In this document: positions 37,958 through 51,420 of the stretch, in pieces | How positions within the stretch are numbered: the first letter of the stretch is position 1 | How the letters are laid out: every line of letters starts with the position of its first letter | DNA from: Octopus sinensis | Taxonomy: Eukaryota | Reading direction: 5' to 3' | Assembly: GCF_006345805.1 (NCBI RefSeq) | Contig: NC_043011.1 | Span: forward strand, 47,938,464 to 48,002,463 | DNA: 64,000 bases | Made by a program: the position numbers and the translations under genes | Notes under the pieces: generated by a model | What the model was told of the DNA's origin: nothing | The model's input: only the letters and a program-made list of their open reading frames with translations | Databases searched by the model: none

Positions 37958-39576
37958 TATATATATATATAGTTACAGCGAGAGTATTTAAACTGCTCAT
38001 AGGGATATTGAACACTGGTTCAATATATTATATTTTGAAGAGACATTTCTTCAATGAATATATTATATAAAATATCATAAAATATAAATATCAAATATTA
38101 TTATCAAGTTAGAAAACAGAGAGTTCTAATGATACAATTTAATTAATTAATAAATTAATTTGCATCCATTAGATCTCTCTGTTTTCACTTGATAATAATA
38201 ATATATATATATATATGTATATATATATGTATATGTATGTATGTATGTATGTATGCATATTGTTGTGTAATATAGATAACACCTTTTCTTTGAAGCGTTT
38301 TATATTTTGAACATGACCATGTTTGAGTTTCATCCCTTTTATTAATGACTCCTTTCATTTCTTTATGACTTAGTCGAGAATAATAAAGATCCAAGGTCCA
38401 TTAGCATTTCTAAACCATATAAGTTTTTATCTTCATGATGAAGTAGTTAGTTGTTAACAGTATTACTTTTGATTTTATTGTTGTTGATTTTTTTTTGTTA
38501 TAGAAGGAAGCTAGCATCAAGGAAATTTGTCATTACAGATGATATAATCATCGTTAGATTTAAAACTCATCAAACAATCAGAAAGTGTTCTTTGTTTTGT
38601 TTTTTTTTCAAGGGTTTTATATCTTTATATTTTTTCAAATCTTTGTGTAGTATTTGCCATTAATCTTCCCCTGCATGTGTGAATGTGTGTGTGTGTGTGG
38701 AATCTTATATACGAGGCTTGGGTTATCAACTAATGCTTTCCCATTTAGTCGGCATTCCATGCTCTGCATTGAAATATGTTGCAGTGGTTCCTTGTGAATG
38801 CATGGTCAGCTGATGGGAAAAAATGTTGAATGCGTGTCCATCATAACATTTGGCATCAGGAATTGTGCAAGTTTCATGTTTCCAGAGAGAGATTTTTTTT
38901 GTAATACATTGATTATCTGAAGTACATTCTGTGATTTATAGGTTTGTGGATTTATGTTGATAAGGAGGCACTGCAGTACATTATACAACAGAACTGCGAA
39001 ACCTAAATTGATAAAGAAAATAAAACATCAGTCAAGAATACCAATATCTTGTATGGAATTCCATCAAAAAAGGGAAGATTAGCAATGAAAGTACAACCAA
39101 ACATTAACACGTTGATACAACAGCAGCCTAGTAATACATCTTGTTACTGTGGTATATATATCTCTCTCTCTCTCTCTGTATATATATATATATAGATATA
39201 TATATATATATATTATACATATACATATGCATATATGTATACCACACACACACACACATATATATATAATATCTATAGATATATACACATACAGATATAT
39301 ATACATACATCTATACATACATATATATACACATACATATATATATACATAATTATATACATACATTATATATTATATACATTATATATACATACATATA
39401 ATATACAATATATAGTTAAACACATTATATATATATATACATATATATATAATATACCAATACATTATATATATATATATATTACATATATATACATAGA
39501 TTATATATATATATATTATATATATACATACATATATATACATATATATATTTAATATATATTAATATATATATAT

Positions 39577-39619
<43 letters not shown>

Positions 39620-39815
39620 TATATTATTACATTATATGTATGTAATATAAGGTAAACTGCATATCAATTGGAGAGAAACCTTTAAAAGTTAATGCTACCA
39701 CAATATGAATATAGCAGATATACCACATCCAAACACACACATATAGATAATTATATCTAAAACAGTAAATAGGAAAAAAAAACAGAAAACTATCGTAAAA
39801 TGTGACGAAACATAC

Positions 39816-39997
39816 TTCAAAACAGTTTTGTAGCTCAGATCCATTATATAGCTCGTTGCAGTGAGTCTTGAAGCTGGAATACTCGTAGAACCAAAATCAC
39901 TCTGTGGTTTAGCCCCAACCTTCTGCATTAATGTGAGGTTTAAGTAGGAAATTCCTAAATTTAGTACCTCAGCATTTCCCATATGATATTGTAAGAT
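39816..39997 (-). CDS. Candidate internal exon, 182 bp, phase 0 to 2
   Basis: Acceptor CTCTCTTGAAG, donor GTATGT, open frame ILQYHMGNAEVLNLGISYLNLTLMQKVGAKPQSDFGSTSIPASRLTATSYIMDLSYKTVL. It lies within the 105-aa ORF 39695..40012. Confidence 0.55.
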
Positions 39998-40265
39998 CTT
40001 CAAGAGAGCCATGTTAAAATTAAAACTTAACTATTCCTATAAAAACATTGCATATTCCGTCAGTTGCTATAATGATAAATGGCCCTCCCCCTCCTCCTAC
40101 TCCTCCTCATCCCTCTATCTTCCCCCCCCCAATCCCTCACCACTCCTCCCCTCCTGCCTCCCTCATCCCCATCACCCCTCCCCCCTCCTCCCCTCCTGCT
40201 CTCCTCCTCCCCTCTCCTCCTCCCCCCTCCTCAGCGTCATGGTTGTTGTCATTATCATCATCAAC

Positions 40266-40407
40266 ATCATTTATTACTTGCTTTCCATGCAGGCATGGGT
40301 TGGATGGTTTGACAGTAGCTGACCAGGCAGAAAACTGCACCCCGTTTTGCTGTATATTCTGGCATGGTTTTTTATGGTTGGATGCCCTTCCTAGCACCAA
40401 CCATTCA
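40266..40407 (-). mobile_element. Repeat family D fragment
   Basis: CTTTCCATGCAGGCATGGGTTGGA...GGATGCCCTTCCTAG. Confidence 0.75.
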
Positions 40408-41080
40408 TACCTATATCAATAATGTTACTCAACCTCGTACCTTTAATTGCATGCATCACAGCTATTCCCAAGGTTTATCGAAATACATCTAGTATCTGAA
40501 GGAATACAATACCCTTCCCTTTAAGGAAACACTTTTTTTTTATTTTAGAACACACAACCACAACTCCATATCAACATGGACCATAGTCCACTCTAGTGAG
40601 TTTCATTCTTTCACAAGACTTTGCCATGATCCAGGAATCAGAATTACTGAAATCTTGCCGATATGCATCCAAGTTCTTGTATTATAACTTTTTACTGACA
40701 TATATTGCATTTTAAGCAGAAAAACATTTTGACTTATTTGATTATATTTTGTGTGTTACCTGCTTTTTGACTGATTTTATTTACTCAAACATTAAAATCC
40801 TTTTCTTTACCTTTCATTTTTTTGGTAACGATTATTCGTATTCTCAAAATTCTTCAATTTCTTAATCCTTTTACGTCATGGTTTTATGTATGCAACAATG
40901 AAACCTCAAGTTTTCTAGCAGTAATTTTCCTCATATCATTTTCGTTATGATGTAATAATCTTCATTCTTTCTTGGCTTACTTCTTGTAGATAATAATGTT
41001 TCAGAGAGTTTGTGCATTGGTATATGATGCATTTAGATTGAAGTGCTGGTTGCCAAATGTGGAAAGAATTTGTAGGTGCG

Positions 41081-41464
41081 GGAGTGGCTGTGTAGTAAGT
41101 AGATTGCTTACCAACCACATGGTTCCGGGTTCAGTCCCAATGTGTAGCACCTTGGGCAAATGCCTTCTACTATAGCCTTGAGCTGAGTAAAGCCTTGTGA
41201 GTGAATTTGGTAAACAGAAACTGAAAAAAGCTTATCGTATATATATATATATATATGTTTGTGTAACTGTGTTTGTCCTCCCAACATCGCTTGACAACAA
41301 ATGCTGGTGTGTTTATGTACCCGTAACTTAGTGGTTTGGCAAAATAGACCAATAGATTAAGCACTAGGCTTACGAAGAATAAGTACTGAGGTTGATTTGT
41401 TCGAGTAAAGGTGGTGCTCCAGCATGGCCAGTCAAATGACTGAAAAACAAAAGAGTTTAAGAGT
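41081..41464 (+). mobile_element. SINE family A/B
   Basis: Complete, moderately diverged copy. Confidence 0.85.
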
Positions 41465-41578
41465 AAATATATATGTATATATATTAAATATTTCAAAATG
41501 TGACCTTGTGTGTACCGTTAGCGATTTTTTTTTTTTCTCTGTCTTTTTTTTGTGCTTTCTTGTTTGGATTGACTTTAT

Positions 41579-41640
<62 letters not shown>

Positions 41641-42539
41641 TGAGAGTTTGGGTGTGTGAAAGCTTGTGGCTGGATGTAAAATAAAAATAACAAAAGAGTA
41701 GTTTTTCACTCTTTTTTATTTTTTATGTATATGTATATATATACATACATAAACATATACATATATATATGTATGTATACACAGACATATATATTTACAA
41801 ACATGCATACATATATATACACACACGCACACACACACATATATGCATACATACATACGTGTGTGTGTACATGAATGTATATTTGCATGCTTTATATATA
41901 TGCCAAAAGTGAGAGAGAGAAAGAAGTAAAGACACATGCTCATGTACCTAAGTTTAGCCGGTGTATGTGTTTGAGGGTTTTTCTTCCGACTCTACTTATA
42001 CTGTTATCTATATACATACACATATATATACAAACATGCATACATACATACATGCATAGCAGCAATCATCATGCATCTATGTATGGGAATGATACTTGTT
42101 GATGTATGCTCCTTCGAATTATTTTTGTTGGGTGTATACATTACCATATTTCTACATACACTTATATCAACATTTGCACACAATATATAATAGTGAATAT
42201 GTATTACACACACATACACATATTAACTACACACTCTTGCTACACACACATGTACACACACACACACACACACTTTTATATATATATTGCTATTTAACTA
42301 TCAAGCGTAATACAATCTGAATAATGCCATGATATCAGTGTAGAAAATGCTGTGACAGCAGAATATCTTAATCCGTGTGGATATTTCTGTATATCTTTGT
42401 CAATCAGATGGCAGCAGAGTGATGACGATGACGACAATGACAATGACAATGATGATGCTGATGATGATGATGATGATGCGGAGATGTATCTTGTGAATTA
42501 CAGTAGCGGTGGTGGCGATGGTGTGGTGGTGTGGTGGTG

Positions 42540-42726
42540 TGGGCAGCGGATGTGGTTGTAGTAGTGGTGGTAGTAGTGGTGGTAGTAGTAGTAGTAGTGA
42601 TAGCAGTTTTAATAGTACTGGTAGTAGTAGTTTTTGTAGTAGTAGTAGTAGTAGTAGTAATAGCAGTCGTTTTTTAATAGTAGTAGTCGTAGCAGTTGTT
42701 TTAGTTGCAACAGCAGCAGCAGTTGC

Positions 42727-42772
<46 letters not shown>

Positions 42773-42900
42773 AGTTGTTGTTTTAGTTGCAGCAGCAGCA
42801 GCAGTTGCAGTAGTAGTAGTAGTAGTAGTAGTAGAAGTAGCAGCAGTAAATTTAGTAGTAGTAGTAGCAGTAGCAGCAGTAGTTTTAGTAGTAGTAATAG
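42540..42900. repeat. (GTA)/(GCA) trinucleotide mosaic
   Basis: Direct inspection. Confidence 0.9.
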
Positions 42901-43061
42901 TTGGAGCAATTATTTCAAGCAATGTCATTCACCATTCTCATGTATGCACATCCAGAACTACACACGTTTCTATAGCATGACTTCGAACGGTTGAATGTTC
43001 AACAATTGTTGATGCTTAGTTGTTGCTAACTTTGGCCCAACAGGACTATAATTAAATTCAC

Positions 43062-43420
43062 GGCTTGGGTTGGACGGTTTGAATGGGGCCTGGAAAGCCA
43101 GCAGCTGCACCGGGCTCCAATCTGATCTGGTAATGTTTCTACAGCTGGATGTCCTTCCTAACACCAGCCACTCCAAGAGTGTAATGGGAGCATTTCAAGT
43201 GCCACCGACACAGGATCCACTCAAGCGTGCTTGGCATAAATCGCATTCGGATAGTGCCTTTTATATGTCGCTGGCACGAGGAGCCAATCGAAGGGCACTG
43301 GGATTCTTCCACTTTTGGATGGTGTTTTTTATGTGCCACTGGCACAGGAGTCAGTCAGGCAGACTTGGCATCGACCATGTTTGGATGGTGATTTTTATGT
43401 GCCACCAGCATGAGAGCCAT
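43062..43420 (-). mobile_element. Repeat family D (tail missing)
   Basis: GGGTTGGACGGTTTG...CTACAGCTGGATG plus sub-repeats. Confidence 0.8.
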
Positions 43421-43587
43421 GCAATTTGAGAAGAACTTGGTTGCTGTTTCTAGCAGATCCAGTAACTTGTCTTTCACTGAATGTGTTGATATAGATATGT
43501 TAAACAGAACTGTTTGGAATACTGGTTCATTATACTAGTAAACATTCTTACAAATATGCACACTTCTGTATGCGTGTATGTGGCATA

Positions 43588-44043
43588 GGAGTGACTCTGT
43601 GGTAAGTAGCTTGCTTACCTACCACATGGTTCTGGGTTCAGTCTCACTGCATGGCACCATGAGCAAGTGTCTTCTACTGTAGCCTCGGGCCGACCAAAGC
43701 CTTGTGAGTGAGTTTGGTAGATGGAAACTGAAAGAAGCCCATCGTATATAATTATCTATATATATATATATAACATATATAATACATATATACATATATA
43801 TATATTATATATATATATATATTATATATGTATGTGTGTGTGTATGTGTTGTCCCCCAACATTGCTTGACAACCGATGCTGGTGTGTTTATATCCCCGTA
43901 ACTTAGTGGTTCGGCAAGAGAGACCGTTAGAATAAGTACTAGGCTTACAAAGAATAAGTCCTGGGGTCGATTTGCTCGACTAAAGGTGGTGCTCCAGCAT
44001 GGCCACAGTCAAATGACTGAAACAAGTAAAAGAGTAAAAGAGT
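43588..44043 (+). mobile_element. SINE family A/B, full length
   Basis: Complete A and B segments with an expanded internal (TA)n. Confidence 0.9.
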
Positions 44044-44679
44044 ATGTGCGGATATGTTTACATGTCAATATATGGTGAGTGTGTGTGCGTGTGAACTATT
44101 GTTGCTTCGCCACTAAGTGTGCCATGATTCAGCAGTCTTCTGTTCAAAGACGTTCCATTTATGGCCTCTCCATCATATGTTTTTTTTCTCAGACATTTTT
44201 ATTTTAGACCACATTGTTATGTCATTTCAATTTTCTCAGATGAAGATGGTAATGATGATTATGATGAAGGTGGTAGTGGTGGTGGTGGTGGTGGTAGTGG
44301 TGGAGGTGGTAGTGGTGGAGGTATGGTAGGGGTGGTAGTGATGGAATCAGGTAGTGATGATGTTGGCATAGCTATGATGTAGTTGTAGCTGTGTTAATGA
44401 TGATGATGATGATGATAATGATGATGACAATGATGACGACAATGACATCAGCAATGACAACTAAAAAAAAAAAAAAAAAATTATCCAAAATTTTTGGCGA
44501 AAATGTTGAAATGTAGTAATGAGTTTGTTGAAGGCAATTTAGTAATAACATTAAACAAGCCAACTGACTACATCTAAGATTGTTCTAGACTAAAATGTGT
44601 TTGTACGAGTATTTGGCGCAGATGTTTTTGGTCTTCCATCTTCACAAGTAGATCTGATTTACACTGGGTATAATGTTAT

Positions 44680-45103
44680 ACTCTTTTACTCTTTTACTTG
44701 TTTCAGTCATTTGACTGCGGCCATGCTGGAGCACTGCCTTTTAGTCGATCAAATCAACCCCGGGACTTATTCTTTGTAAGCCCAGTACTTATTCTATCGG
44801 TCTCTTTTGCCGAACCGCTAAGTGACGGGGACATAAAGACACCAGCATCGGTTGTCAAGCAATGCTAGGGAGACAAACACAGACACACAAACACATACAC
44901 ACAAACACATACACACACATACACACACATACATATATACGAAAGGCTTCTTTCAGTTTCCGTCTACCAAATCCACTCACAAGGCATTGGTCGGCCCGGG
45001 GCTATAGCAGAAGGCACTTGCCCAAGATGCCACGCAGTGGGACTGAACCCGGAACCATGTGGTTGGTTAGCAAGCTACTTACCACACAGCCACTCCTGCG
45101 CCT
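44680..45103 (-). mobile_element. SINE family A/B, full length, young subfamily
   Basis: Complete copy that shares diagnostic variants with 37038-37465. Confidence 0.9.
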
Positions 45104-45479
45104 GTTATGTGCTGGGTATTTAATATTTATATTTTTAATTGCATATATCAACTCGACTCTCAGGCAAAGAATTCATAATACACTGTAAAGTAAACTCTGC
45201 ACAAATTGTCAAAATCTGAGAAGTGCACAGTGTTGCTCATTCCGTGCAAGCTTTTGTTCTTGAAGTCTCTAAAAGAGCCCTTGTGAAGGCGCCTGGGCTG
45301 TATTACCGTTTTAGTAAGTACGAACAAAAGGCCCCACCCCCTGACCAATAGACGGTGCTGAGTTGTCAAATATTTAAACTAAATTCTCTCAAAACAACTT
45401 GTCCAACTGTCCCATAGGCCTCCCCTTTGAGAAACACTGATTTAACCTAAATTTGAGACACCAGCAAAAGAAGAAATAA

Positions 45480-46012
45480 AGATAGACTTCTTTTCTATTC
45501 CAAAGAAAAACGATTTTATTCACACAAATATGGATCCGAGGAGTTTAAAGTACCAGTAATGATAAGGTTGTTGACTGGGGAAGCACAAACATGGTTTAAA
45601 CAGTAAGCTTGGCAGGAAAGAAATGTGCGTTTAAGCAGTACAAAAACAAAGAAAAACGATTTTATCACACAAATAGGTAACCGAAGAGTTTAAAGTACCA
45701 AAGAAATGTGCGTTTAAGCAGTACAAAAACAAAGAAAAACGATTTTATCACACAAATAGGTAACCGAAGAGTTTAAAGTACCAGTAAGTACATCACAACA
45801 GCTGATGTACTTGTGCATACAAATGCACGTTCCCACGGCTTTATCGATCACATTCTCACCTGGAATCGATTTTTGTAATTTTTTCAAGACTTATACATGC
45901 CCTGATACCATCGGTATCTACGTATCAAATTTGAGCGCAATCAGATGGAGGATGCCCGAGACCCTAGAAGACACACACACAGACAGACAGAATGGATTTT
46001 ATATAATAGATA
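45480..46012. mobile_element. Possible non-autonomous Helitron/Helentron-type element with internal tandem repeats
   Basis: Perfect 83-bp duplication 45617-45699/45700-45782 and a diverged partial unit at about 45501-45555. The right end CAAATTTGAGCGCAATCAGATG..(ACAG)n..TTTTATATAATAGATAT resembles DINE-1/Lep1-type ends. Confidence 0.45.
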
Positions 46013-46054
46013 TATTAGTGACAGAGGCAGCATTAAAACTGAGAAATAATATTT

Positions 46055-46272
46055 TAGCGAGCTGGCAGAATTGTTAGCATGCTGGGTAAATTGCTTAGTA
46101 ACAGTTTGCCCATCTTTATATTCTGAGTTCAAATACCCCCAAGATCAACTTTGCTTTTCATGTTCTCTCATGGTCAATAAAATAAGTACCAGTTGAGCAC
46201 TGAGGTCGATATAATTGACTTACCTGCTCTCCTGAACTGGCAGGCCTTGTGCCAAAATTGGAAATCAATATT
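46055..46272 (+). mobile_element. SINE family C (diverged)
   Basis: GAGCTGGCAGAATTGTTAGC head and core. Confidence 0.8.
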
Positions 46273-46288
46273 TATCCCCACATAAATA

Positions 46289-46652
46289 AATAGATTCTCA
46301 ACCATTTTTATCTATGGACCCCTTTGATTACTATTTTGCTCTGGTGCACCTCCCCTATCCATTCAATGTTTAAAAACTAGTTTTATAGAAAGGTCTTTCA
46401 AAATTTCTATTTTGATTTTCAAGCATCAATTTGTGTTCTTTGAACTCTGTAAAATGCTTAAGAAAGAAACCTGTTCATTGTAATACATACCGATACATAT
46501 ATCTAAAGTAAAATTTTTTCAGGGGCCCTTAAAATACTATTGTGGATCCCCAATTTACTCATTTGTTGCTTGGACCCCAAAAAATCTCATATGAACCATC
46601 AGTGGTCATTTTAACTTTTAAGGGCCATATGGACCCTGGTTGAGAACTACTG
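46289..46652. mobile_element. hAT-like MITE
   Basis: Ends are AATAGATTCTCAACC and GGTTGAGAACTACTG. The left part is related to 15324-15407. Confidence 0.55.
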
Positions 46653-47601
46653 TTCTGTTAAAACAAACTATACTGCAGTATTTACCACGAGAGAAACTCT
46701 CATATTGGGTTTTTGGGGAAAAATGCACTCTTGTTTCCATCATTAACAGGGAGATAAATACCCACCTTCTCCAGTGCCAAGACCACCAGATCATGTGATT
46801 TCAACCTTGTTTGGTCTCGTCAATGATGGACACTCGACAGCTAGAGGCAGCAGCGATTCATCGCCCCACCAGCAAGCCAATTTGGAGGAAATTTGGTTGC
46901 TATTTCTAGTAGGTCTAAAATGTTCCACTAGTTTCTTGGATTCACAACTAACTCGTATACATTTTATCAGTGAAAGATAACAGTGATGGATACACTAATG
47001 CACAATTTCAGTTATAGAATTGTATAACGCATTATTATATATCAAAGGTAAAAAATTGATGCTCAGCAGATATAAAATTAACATCACAGCAAAATAAAAT
47101 TAGATCCAGAAGAATTTTCTTGCCAAAACTCTACCATGTTCTTGTAATGTGTTTAAGAAGATCTAGTTAAGAATTACTCATCAGTTGAATAATAAAATTT
47201 ATTATATCCTCCAACTGCGTATTTCAAATTCAGTTATTTATTATCAACTATAACAAAATCTTTAAAATAGATTAATAACTATTAACCAATATTTATTGAA
47301 ATAATAAATTTAATTGATACATCTTGACGCAGGTTAATTCATAAAATATTAGATTGTGAGACAGGAAATTTTTAATTATCTAAAAATTCAATAAATAGAA
47401 GCAACGCACTATTTCTACTGAAATAAATGAATAAATCCACTATACCTTCTGTTGTTTGTTTTTCTTTTCATCCCCCCAATTCTTCTTATTAACAAAAGAA
47501 AATATTAGATTTAAAAATGATCGCGTGTATATATGTGAAATATCCTGTGTAAAATACACGTACACATGATGATGATGGTGGTGTTGGTGGTGGTGGTGAT
47601 G

Positions 47602-47821
47602 AAGGCGGCAAGCTGGCAGAATCGGTAGCACGCTGGGCGAAATGCTGAGAGGTATTTCGTCTGCCGTTACGTTCTGAGTTCAAATTCCGCCGAGGTCGAC
47701 TTTGCCTTTCATCCTTTCGGAGTCGATTAAATAAGTACCAGTTACGCACTGGGGTCGAATTATCGACTTAACCCATTTGTCCTCTCTGTGTTTAGCCCCT
47801 TGTGGGTAGTAAAGAAATAGG
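47602..47821 (+). mobile_element. SINE family C, full length, CpG-rich
   Basis: AGGCGGCAAGCTGGCAGAATCGGTAGC..GAGTTCAAATTCC boxes, GGTCGACTTTGCCTTTCATCCTTTCGG core and tail. Confidence 0.9.
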
Positions 47822-48097
47822 TGGTGGTGGTGATGATGCTCTTGATGGTGGTGGTAGTGATGATGATGATGATGATGACGATATCGATGACAATGGTGAT
47901 TGCTATGATGATGATGATGATATGATGACAACAATGATGATGGCAATAACAATGATGATGATGATGTCTGCTTTTCCATTCTGGCAGGCTGGGATATTTC
48001 AGACTTGGCATTATGGTCAGGCATCGTTTCCTGATGCCAGTTATCATCCACCTCTTACTACTTGAAGAGATATAATGGGCTTATTCTAAAAAAATCT

Positions 48098-48419
48098 GGT
48101 GCTGTTGGCACATAAAAACCACCGTTCTAACGTGGTCGTTGCCAGTGCCCACTGATTGGCTCCTGTGCTGGTAGCATGTAAAAAGCACTATCCAAACATG
48201 ATCGATACCAGGCCCACCTGACTGCTTCCTGTGCCAGTGACACGTAAAAAGCACCCAGTACACTCTCAGAGTGGTTGGCATTAGGAAGGGCATCCAGCTG
48301 CAGAAACATTGCCAGATCAGACTGGAGCCTGGTGCAGCTGCTGGCTTTCCAGACCTCAGTCAAGACTTCCAACCCATGCCAGCATGGAAAATGGATGTTA
48401 AACGATGACGATGATGATG
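48098..48419 (+). mobile_element. Repeat family D
   Basis: Sub-repeats, conserved body and (GAT)n tail. Confidence 0.85.
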
Positions 48420-48426
48420 TAGATAC

Positions 48427-48520
48427 ATAATATCGAGTATGAACAGTTTCATTTGGGAGAAAGCAGTTGCGTTCATGGTTATTACTGGCCCACTGGCAAA
48501 AGTTGAATGTGACTTTAGTT
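48427..48520 (-). CDS. Candidate exon, 94 bp
   Basis: Strong acceptor TTTTCTTTATTTATATTTTAG and weak donor GTATCT. Two frames are open; the phase 2 to 0 frame reads TKVTFNFCQWASNNHERNCFLPNETVHTRYY. Confidence 0.35.
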
Positions 48521-48903
48521 CTAAAATATAAATAAAGAAAATTCAAAAGAGTTCTTCAGGTGACAGGTCTTGGGATATGACTATATGCCATAAAGTTAAA
48601 CCTTTTATCTTTATGGACGGAAAACCTAGGGTAACTCCATAATCTGGCCTTCCTCAGTAAAAAAAGTATATAAATATACATATATACACACATATATATA
48701 TATATATATATATACATACATATATATATATATATGTATGTGTATATATTATATATATATATATATGTGTATATATATGTATATATAAATATACGTATAT
48801 ATATGTGTATATATATATGTATGTATATATATGTACACATGTATATGTGTGTGTTTATGTGTGTATATATATATAAACATAAATATATATACACAAACAT
48901 ATG

Positions 48904-48938
<35 letters not shown>

Positions 48939-49460
48939 TATATATAGCACTTTCGTATAGTATCACCTTTGAATTGTTGTCTCATGAGATGCATATGATT
49001 TAAAGGTAGTATGATGCAATATTACAAAATCATTTATTTGCATATTAATATTTATATTCATGAATTGTATATGCTATGTAGTATCCAAACAGTTTTAGCT
49101 AAAGAATTAAATGTAATACCATAAATTTCATGCCTTGACTTGATGTATTATACTCTGTGACTAATTTATTACGCCTGAAATTTTGTTTCTTTGGATGGTT
49201 TTCTTGAAGATAAACAGTTGACTTATAAGCAATTTGTTAGCTGGTATTTGCAGGTGTGCTGAGATTTATTAATCCCATTTTACCTGCGATATAATATAAT
49301 AATAATAATAATAGATTATAATCATAGTAATATAATAATATATCTGTTTGTATGTCTCTCTTTTTCTCTCTATCACACATGCACACACACAGGAACATAT
49401 ATATAAATTTATACATATATATATGTATATATATATATATATATATGTGTGTATATATAT

Positions 49461-49660
49461 AGTTAATCCAAACTTGAACAAGCAAGAAAAAACAACAACG
49501 CGAAGACGTAGAATAAGTACAGTGTTATTGGATGCTCAGAAAAGGAAAGAAAAGAAAGAGGACCTCACATTTCGAGCAAAGCTCTTCATCAGAAATATAG
49601 AAAAAGTTCAAAGAAGGAAAGGCAGAGAAAGAAAATCACCAACAATACACACGTGGCCAC
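49461..49660 (-). mobile_element. (TA)n-adjacent element with a degenerate hammerhead core
   Basis: Reverse complement of 49561-49592 is CTGATGA-A-GAGC ttt GCTC-GAAA-TGTGAGGTC. No convincing stem I. Confidence 0.45.
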
Positions 49661-49743
49661 ATATACATTATTGTTTGTATAAAATACCTCTTGTAAAATA
49701 TATTATATTTTGATTTCTTAAGTTTTGCTTGGCCATCACGCCC

Positions 49744-49875
49744 CACCAAAACAGTCACAATATATGTTCCTAACACTAGCTTAATGATAACAGTTATTTT
49801 ACTGAATTCTTTGTTGTATTTAGAATAATTGAAAGAAATACAGAGCATCTCAAAATAAATACATTAAAGAAAGGC
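49744..49875. mobile_element. Truncated, diverged copy of the piggyBac-type MITE
   Basis: Aligns with the right half of 15408-15629 and ends AAAGGC-TTAA. Confidence 0.7.
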
Positions 49876-50173
49876 TTAAAGGAGCAGCACTTTTCATTCT
49901 GTTTTAGGCTTTTGCTGTTGGTAATATGCATCTTTTGTGGGGTTCAGGGGCAGCAAACAGACAGGCCACCTTGGGTGGCACTCACTCTAGCTATGCTAGT
50001 GGTAAAATGCACAATTATGTCGCAAACATTTTATAGAAGAAGAGGAATATTTCAAAGAACTTTGTAAATTTGGAAAACTTACTTCATCTGCTTGAGTTAG
50101 CATCATTTACTTTTTAGCCTTGAGTCAGCTCCCAAACAATATACCTATAATCAAATGCATAGTGTATCTAGGC

Positions 50174-50668
50174 AGCACCTGAATAAGGCCCATCGAGGCC
50201 CTAAGCCCTTAAACGATTTTGGTGTCCCCAAAATTTAAAATATAAACAATAACAAACCATAAAATAGGGTCAGCAAACAGATGGGCCCATCTATTTGCTG
50301 CCCCTATTTACGATGACAAACGAAAAAACGATAACAAACCATAAAATGAATTTTTTTTTTTGAAGCGAAACAAAACAGTAAGAGGGAAAAATAATGTTTA
50401 TTTTTGTATACTTCCTCTTTATTTATATTTGAAAAGTTTCCTCCTTCTTTTTTGAATTACAAAGTCTTTGATCAGATCCTCAAAATTAATCTTAGGTAAC
50501 ACAACACATCCGCATCTATACTTAATAAAGATAAAGGCATCCCGAATATTATGTTAGGAAGTTTAAAGTGATTCCTTTTGTGCCATAAACCATTCACTAT
50601 TTCTATGGTGCCCCCGCTTCCCTTGATTCCCTACGGTGTGTATTTTGCTTAATGGTTAATCCAGCGCT
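50174..50668. mobile_element. Possible old MITE with an internal 48-bp palindrome
   Basis: Degenerate ends AGCACCTGAATAA and TTAATCCAGCGCT (9 of 13 match). Palindrome at 50262-50309. Confidence 0.35.
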
Positions 50669-50817
50669 TTATCTCAGATATTATTCAGTATATTCTTCTT
50701 TTATGTTGGTTGTTGTGTATCTCTTAGATCAGACTTGTGCCAGCAAAATTATAATTATAGATGTTCCTGTGATGACCATTCAATCTATTTTTCTCACAAA
50801 ATGTGTATATAGGCACT

Positions 50818-51223
50818 GGAGTGGCTGTGTGGTAAGTAGCTTGCTTACCAACCACATGGTTTTGGGTTCAGTCCCACTGCATTGCACCTTGGGCAAGTGT
50901 CTTCTACTATTGCCTCGGGCCGACCAAAGCCTTGCGAGTGGATGTGGTAGACGGAAACTGAAAGAAGCCCATCATATATATATATATATATGTATATATA
51001 TGTGTGTGTGTGGTTGTGTGTATATGTGTTTGTACCCCCAACATCACTTGACAACCAACGCTGGTGTGATTACATCCCGTAACCTTGCGGTTTGGCAAAA
51101 GAGACCAATAGAATAAGTACTAGGCCGACAAAGAATAAGTTCTGGGGTCGATTTGCTCGAGTAAAGGCGGTGCTCCAGCATGACTGCAGTCAAATGACTG
51201 AAACAAGTAACAGAGCAAAGAGT
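50818..51223 (+). mobile_element. SINE family A/B, full length
   Basis: Complete A and B segments. Confidence 0.9.
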
Positions 51224-51420
51224 ATATATAACAACATTGTCCAGCACATCTCTCTTATTATTCTTATATAGATGATAGCGTGTAATATGAAGGAAATTTG
51301 CTAGCTTTTTCTACAGAGTTGAGCAACAATGCAGAATCTCCATAAATTGAAGGTAGAACAGAAACCATTAAAGAAAAAAGCAAAAATACATTGATAAACT
51401 CGATAAATACTTTCGACTAC

